Of a stretch of 64,000 nucleotides of DNA, positions 59,713-64,000 are shown one piece after another (position 1 is the stretch's first letter; the number at the start of each line of letters is the position of its first letter). The translations under genes were made by a program, and so were the position numbers. Source of the DNA: an uncultured Alphaproteobacteria bacterium (GTDB taxonomy: Bacteria; Pseudomonadota; Alphaproteobacteria; CAAHEQ01; UBA3637); NCBI GenBank assembly GCA_934203105.1, contig CAKPYQ010000002.1, forward strand, positions 8,277-72,276. The letters are read 5' to 3'. Below the pieces are notes generated by a model. That model was not told the DNA's origin. It did not search any database and worked only from the letters and a program-made list of their open reading frames with translations.

Positions 59713-61383
59713 TTATTCTTCAACAATGCTTAAACGTTTTGCAACCCGATCGCTGCCCAATACATTCATAATCGAATATAAATCAGGCGATTGCGTTTTG
59801 CCGGTCATAAACACACGCAAAACAGTCGCAACATCGGAAACATTTCCTTTAAATGCTTCCGGATTGGCTTTGTAAGCTTTCATATCACACGTAAAGCCGA
59901 TGTCGGTTGCGACCTGTTTGATTTTTTCAAACCAAACATTTTTGTCATCAGCGGGATTGTAAAGTTCTTTAAATTCTTTAACAATCTTATTTATGTCATT
60001 GACGGATAACGGTTTTAATACCGAATATGCTTCACCGGTTGTCAATGAAAAATGATTGTCAAAGAAGAATAAATTTTCTTTTTTAACGTCGCTCCAAATT
60101 GTGATATCTTTACGCACTTTTTTCACATTACTGCGTTCAATATCCAAAATGCGCTTCATATAATCAGCATTTTCCTTCAACATTGTTGCAAAAGGAACGT
60201 CATATTTTTCGCACCATTCTAACGTATGATCATAAACTTCCTGCGCGCTCATACGGCCGATAATGTCCCTTGAAATACTGTCAAGCTTCACAAAGTCGAA
60301 CAAAGCACCCGAAGAGCCCATTTTCTTTAAACTGAACGGAAAATCTTTATACGATTTATCCGGATTTTGACGACGCCAATCTTCAAAATTGGAGTTAGCC
60401 AAATTCAACAAATACTCAATAACGGCTTCTTTCGGATAGCCTTTTTCATCAAAGTATGTGACATTTGCTTCTGGGTCCAAACGCTTTGACAATTTGCGGC
60501 GATTGCCGTTTTCATCAACCTTTTGAATATGGGGAAAATGTGCATATTTCGGAGCTTTCCACCCCATGCTTTGGAATAATTGAATGTGCAAAGGCAACGA
60601 AGACATCCATTCTTCACCACGCACAACAATCGTTGTTCCCATTAAATGGTCGTCAATTAAATGCGCAAAGTGATAAGTCGGCAAGCCGTCTCCTTTCATA
60701 ATAGGAATATCTAAATCGCTTTGCGGAAATTCGCGTTTGCCACGCAACAAATCTTCGATTAAAACCTTTTGCGAATAATGTCCGGTTGATTTATACCGAA
60801 CCACGAAACGTTTGCCGGCTTTTAAATTGGCCAACACCTCATCTTCGGTCAACTTGCGGCATTTTGCAAAAGCCCCGTAATACCCCGGTCGAATATTTGC
60901 TTTGCTTTGCAATTCGTGCGTTTTTTCATTATCTTCTTCCGTACAAAAGCATAAATAAGCTTTATCTTCTTCCAACCATTTTTTGATATAGGCTTGGTAA
61001 ATTTCTTTGCGTTGGCTTTGGAAATAAGGGCCGTAAGCACCTTTTTCACCCTCACCCAACACCGGACCTTCGTCATTATGCAAGCCATAGTCTTTAAAAG
61101 CCTGTAAAATAATATCGACAGCGCCGTCAACTTTACGCTTTTGATCTGTATCTTCGATACGCAAAAAGAACACGCCCCCGCTTTGGTGTGCAATGCGCTC
61201 CGGAATCAACGCAGCCGACAAAGTTCCTAAATGCAAATATCCCGTCGGACTTGGCCCCACACGCGTCACTTTTGCGCCTTCGGGTAACTGGCGCGCCGGA
61301 TATTTTGCCTCAATTTCTTCTGTGGAAGGCAAAGGATCGGGAAAGACCAAATCAATAATTTCTTTTTTCATTTTATTTTCCAT
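59713..61383 (-). CDS. gltX: Glutamyl-tRNA synthetase
   Basis: The HIGH region is PSPTGYLHLGT. RIEDTDQKR, the zinc motif CFCTEE, GDGLPTYHFAHLIDD and KLSKR (KMSKS) are present. The start is uncertain: ATG at 61383 (MENK...), a nearby ATG (MKKE...), or the upstream TTG used by the track. Confidence 0.8.
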   Translation of the reverse strand: MENKMKKEIIDLVFPDPLPSTEEIEAKYPARQLPEGAKVTRVGPSPTGYLHLGTLSAALIPERIAHQSGGVFFLRIEDTDQKRKVDGAVDIILQAFKDYGLHNDEGPVLGEGEKGAYGPYFQSQRKEIYQAYIKKWLEEDKAYLCFCTEEDNEKTHELQSKANIRPGYYGAFAKCRKLTEDEVLANLKAGKRFVVRYKSTGHYSQKVLIEDLLRGKREFPQSDLDIPIMKGDGLPTYHFAHLIDDHLMGTTIVVRGEEWMSSLPLHIQLFQSMGWKAPKYAHFPHIQKVDENGNRRKLSKRLDPEANVTYFDEKGYPKEAVIEYLLNLANSNFEDWRRQNPDKSYKDFPFSLKKMGSSGALFDFVKLDSISRDIIGRMSAQEVYDHTLEWCEKYDVPFATMLKENADYMKRILDIERSNVKKVRKDITIWSDVKKENLFFFDNHFSLTTGEAYSVLKPLSVNDINKIVKEFKELYNPADDKNVWFEKIKQVATDIGFTCDMKAYKANPEAFKGNVSDVATVLRVFMTGKTQSPDLYSIMNVLGSDRVAKRLSIVEE

Positions 61384-61437
61384 TTCTGTTTTGATTATCA
61401 ATAAATAAGCACATCATAAAAGAATTATGATTAAAAA

Positions 61438-62463
61438 TCAAGCACTCTTATTCATTTTTTGCAAAATTTTTTGAACCGGTTTGCTGATCAGATAAACACG
61501 AATTTTATCAATCAACACGGCCGCCACAAAGACAACAAAGGCGCAGAAAAATGTATTTGCCAACAAATGCGGGCTTTGAATATAATCTTGTCTGTGGAAA
61601 ACGTCGTCCCATAAAAAGCCAAAAACATACGGATTTTCGCGAATTAAATAAACCGGCAGCATTGACGCCGCAACCCAATTTATCCAAGGATAATAAGGTA
61701 TATTTAATTGCTCAAAGACTTTAAAAATACAAAACGCAATTCCTAAAATCAGTATGGAGTTTGACTCATGACTGATAAAATAAGTCTCTAAATAAACAGG
61801 TTGAGCATCATAAAGCCAATTAAAGCCCCATGCCATGCAAAAACCTGACATAATCCATATCAACAATTTCTTTATCGGACAATTAAACGGGTGAATGCGT
61901 ATATAGGCCCCAATTAAATACATCACTATAAACCAAATTAAATCGTTAAAATACAGTATATTAAAGTTTAAAAGCGTTGGAATAATGCTCCATAACACAA
62001 CACAAACAGCAATACATAACTGCAATTCTTTTAAAGTTGCATTTTTGATAAAAATATTGATAAACGGTGCAAAAATAAACAGCGCAAAATAAGCAGTTAA
62101 AAACCAATATGTACGTTTATATATCGGTTGAAAAGCAATCCCAAAGGGGTAATTGTCAATTTTACCAATTAAATACAAAACCAAAGGGATTGTTACGGAA
62201 TAAAATAAAATTGTAAAATACAGACGCCCCAATTTTTGCCAAGAAAAAGATTTATTGACCATAAAATAACCGGTAATAAAAACAAATATATTAACCCCAA
62301 TTTTTCCAAAAACATTTAATGATTGGATCAATAATGTATTTATGGAAAACGGCACGCTGTTTAAATCAAACCCCGCGTGAATATTGCAATGATAGAATAC
62401 AATCATAAACATCGCAAAAATGCGTAATAATTCAAAGTTTGTTTGTCTTTTGATTTTATCCAT
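61438..62463 (-). CDS. Acyltransferase family 3 (OafA/YrhL-like) integral membrane protein
   Basis: MDKIKRQTNFELLRIFAMFMIVFYHC... with about 10 transmembrane segments. Confidence 0.7.
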   Translation of the reverse strand: MDKIKRQTNFELLRIFAMFMIVFYHCNIHAGFDLNSVPFSINTLLIQSLNVFGKIGVNIFVFITGYFMVNKSFSWQKLGRLYFTILFYSVTIPLVLYLIGKIDNYPFGIAFQPIYKRTYWFLTAYFALFIFAPFINIFIKNATLKELQLCIAVCVVLWSIIPTLLNFNILYFNDLIWFIVMYLIGAYIRIHPFNCPIKKLLIWIMSGFCMAWGFNWLYDAQPVYLETYFISHESNSILILGIAFCIFKVFEQLNIPYYPWINWVAASMLPVYLIRENPYVFGFLWDDVFHRQDYIQSPHLLANTFFCAFVVFVAAVLIDKIRVYLISKPVQKILQKMNKSA

Positions 62464-62480
62464 ACCGACCTCGTCTTTGG

Positions 62481-64000
62481 TTATTGCATATCAGCAAATT
62501 CTTCGGCAATTTGTTTTTTTAATGTGATAAAATCACGCTTGCCGCTGCCAAGCACAGGCAATTCGGGTTTATAAACAACCTCTCGCGGAATATAAAGCTC
62601 GGTAAAACCTTGTTGCTTGATAAATGGGAACAGATAATCTTTTTTGATGTCTTTGCTGGTGACAACCAAAATGATTTGCTCGCCTTTTGTATCGTGCGGA
62701 ACGGATACTGCCGTACATTCAAAATCTTTGTTCGGATAAGCTCTTTTTACCAAACTTTCCAAAGACGGCAAAGAAACCATTTCCCCGCCAATCTTGGCAA
62801 AACGTTTTAAACGCCCTTTTAAGTACGCAAAGCCCATATCATCGAACGCAACGATATCCCCCGTATCATACCACCCACCGGCGGGAGGTATAACCACACC
62901 CGGATTGTCCGCCGACATTGCACCCAACATAATGTTCGGCCCTTTGACACACAAAGACCCGCCGTCGGTAATGCCTTCAATCGGCTTTAATTTATACTGA
63001 ATTGCCGGCAACAACTTTCCGATTGAATTAAAGTTGCAAAAAATGCGATTATTCGCAGTTAAAAAAGGCGAACATTCCGTCGAACCGTAACCTTCGAACA
63101 GTCGAATTCCGAACTTTTCCATCCACAAATGCCGCGTTTCGGGCTGTACAGGCTCTGCCCCGCCCAAAACAAAGCGCAACGTGTGGAAATCAAACGGGTG
63201 CGCCACGCGACCATAAGCGCGTAAAAAGCTGTCCGTTCCGAACATCATTGTCGCACCAGTATCATAAACCATTTCCGGAATATTGCGGTAATGCAACGGA
63301 CTTGGATAAATGAATACTCGTCCCCCGCAAAGCAGCGGATAAAAAGTCCCAATCACCAACCCAAACGAATGAAACATAGGCAATATGTTAAAGACTAAAT
63401 CTTGTCGGTTGATATCAATCGCCGAAGATACTTGCCGAATGTTTGCCACCAAGTTTTGATGAGACAATACAATTGCTTTGGGGCTGCCTTCCGAACCGGA
63501 AGTAAACAAAATCAAAGCACGTTTATTGCCACTGTGCGGAAAAGGAATGTATTTTCGCTTATACAAAAAACCGGCGCGCAAAGCGTCTTTTGTTCCAAGC
63601 TTTGATTCGATATCTTCAATATTAAGCACTAAAATGCCCTGCACTTTAATGGCTTCCACAATAGCCTGCAAATTATTTTGCTTTACAAAGTTTTTGCTGG
63701 TCAACACGACTTTTGTTTTGGTCGTGTATAATGTTGACAACACGTTTGCCATACCCGACGTATGGTTAATCATCGCCGGCACGCGTTCATAAGCCATCAA
63801 TCCCAACAAAACACACAAAGTTTGTACGCTGTTGCCCAATAAAACGCCAATCGTTTCTTGATGCGCAACGAACTGATTTAACGGTTTAGCATACTTATAC
63901 GCCCGTACAATCAAGTCTTTATAAGAATAAGTAACCCGTTCGATATCTTCGGCAACCTGAGGTCGAGCGCCCAAAAAACCTTCATGAGCATTGTTTTTCG
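62481..64000 (-). CDS. aas: AMP-binding acyl-[ACP] synthetase domain of an Aas-like protein. The ORF stays open upstream to the window end, so it is partial.
   Basis: The AMP-binding motifs are ILFTSGSEGSPKAIVLSHQNL, YGSTEC and GWYDTGD. No stop occurs between 63974 and 64000 in frame. This is consistent with an N-terminal acyltransferase domain lying beyond the window. Confidence 0.7.
   Translation of the reverse strand, partial: KNNAHEGFLGARPQVAEDIERVTYSYKDLIVRAYKYAKPLNQFVAHQETIGVLLGNSVQTLCVLLGLMAYERVPAMINHTSGMANVLSTLYTTKTKVVLTSKNFVKQNNLQAIVEAIKVQGILVLNIEDIESKLGTKDALRAGFLYKRKYIPFPHSGNKRALILFTSGSEGSPKAIVLSHQNLVANIRQVSSAIDINRQDLVFNILPMFHSFGLVIGTFYPLLCGGRVFIYPSPLHYRNIPEMVYDTGATMMFGTDSFLRAYGRVAHPFDFHTLRFVLGGAEPVQPETRHLWMEKFGIRLFEGYGSTECSPFLTANNRIFCNFNSIGKLLPAIQYKLKPIEGITDGGSLCVKGPNIMLGAMSADNPGVVIPPAGGWYDTGDIVAFDDMGFAYLKGRLKRFAKIGGEMVSLPSLESLVKRAYPNKDFECTAVSVPHDTKGEQIILVVTSKDIKKDYLFPFIKQQGFTELYIPREVVYKPELPVLGSGKRDFITLKKQIAEEFADMQ

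Overview
This is a low-GC bacterial chromosomal segment of about 64 kb. It is dense with housekeeping genes whose products look alphaproteobacterial: alaS (partial), accB/accC, groES/groEL, clpB, radC-map, serS, ruvC-yebC, the rpmH-rnpA-yidD-yidC-engB block, maf, a peptidoglycan-remodelling block (lytic transglycosylase, rlpA, dac), tmk-holB-tatD, pepN, murD, ihfB-accD, the spmA/spmB pair, msbA, gltX, and an acyltransferase-3 gene next to a partial aas-like acyl-ACP synthetase. Four RNA genes are present: tRNA-Val(CAC), a tRNA with anticodon CAU, tRNA-Ser(UGA), and a small rpmH gene that the ORF track misses. Several eukaryote-like repeat proteins (Sel1, TPR), a subtilase autotransporter and other secreted proteins suggest a host-associated organism. 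The most unusual content is a pair of paralogous giant cysteine-rich proteins (548-3296 on the minus strand and 22349-24223 on the plus strand). Both begin with a type IV prepilin/pseudopilin-like N-methylation motif (G|RSMLE followed by an LAIIG-type hydrophobic helix) and both sit behind near-consensus sigma70 promoters. The first of these genes carries seven perfect-period 165-bp tandem coding repeats and a palindrome-rich, roughly 190-bp in-frame segment inside its leader-coding region. Other notable items follow. A hypothetical PP-loop protein is translationally coupled to a murD-family ligase outside any division/cell-wall cluster, which could be a MurL/MurD2-type L-Glu pathway. The tRNA-Ser locus carries a duplicated 5' half and a duplicated 3' end plus terminator, the latter flanking a GC-rich 119-bp insert. 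At tRNA-Val there is an 836-bp low-GC insert (Nudix gene plus a truncated P-loop gene fragment) bounded by 30-bp direct repeats that duplicate the 3' end of a Sel1 gene. An MsrA homologue has no cysteine at all. A UDP-glucose dehydrogenase family protein lacks its C-terminal domain. A non-canonical CsoR/RcnR-type repressor lies divergent to a CDF metal exporter. A 2-kb AT-rich accessory stretch lies between murD and ihfB. No CRISPR arrays, rRNA genes or intact transposases or integrases were seen.
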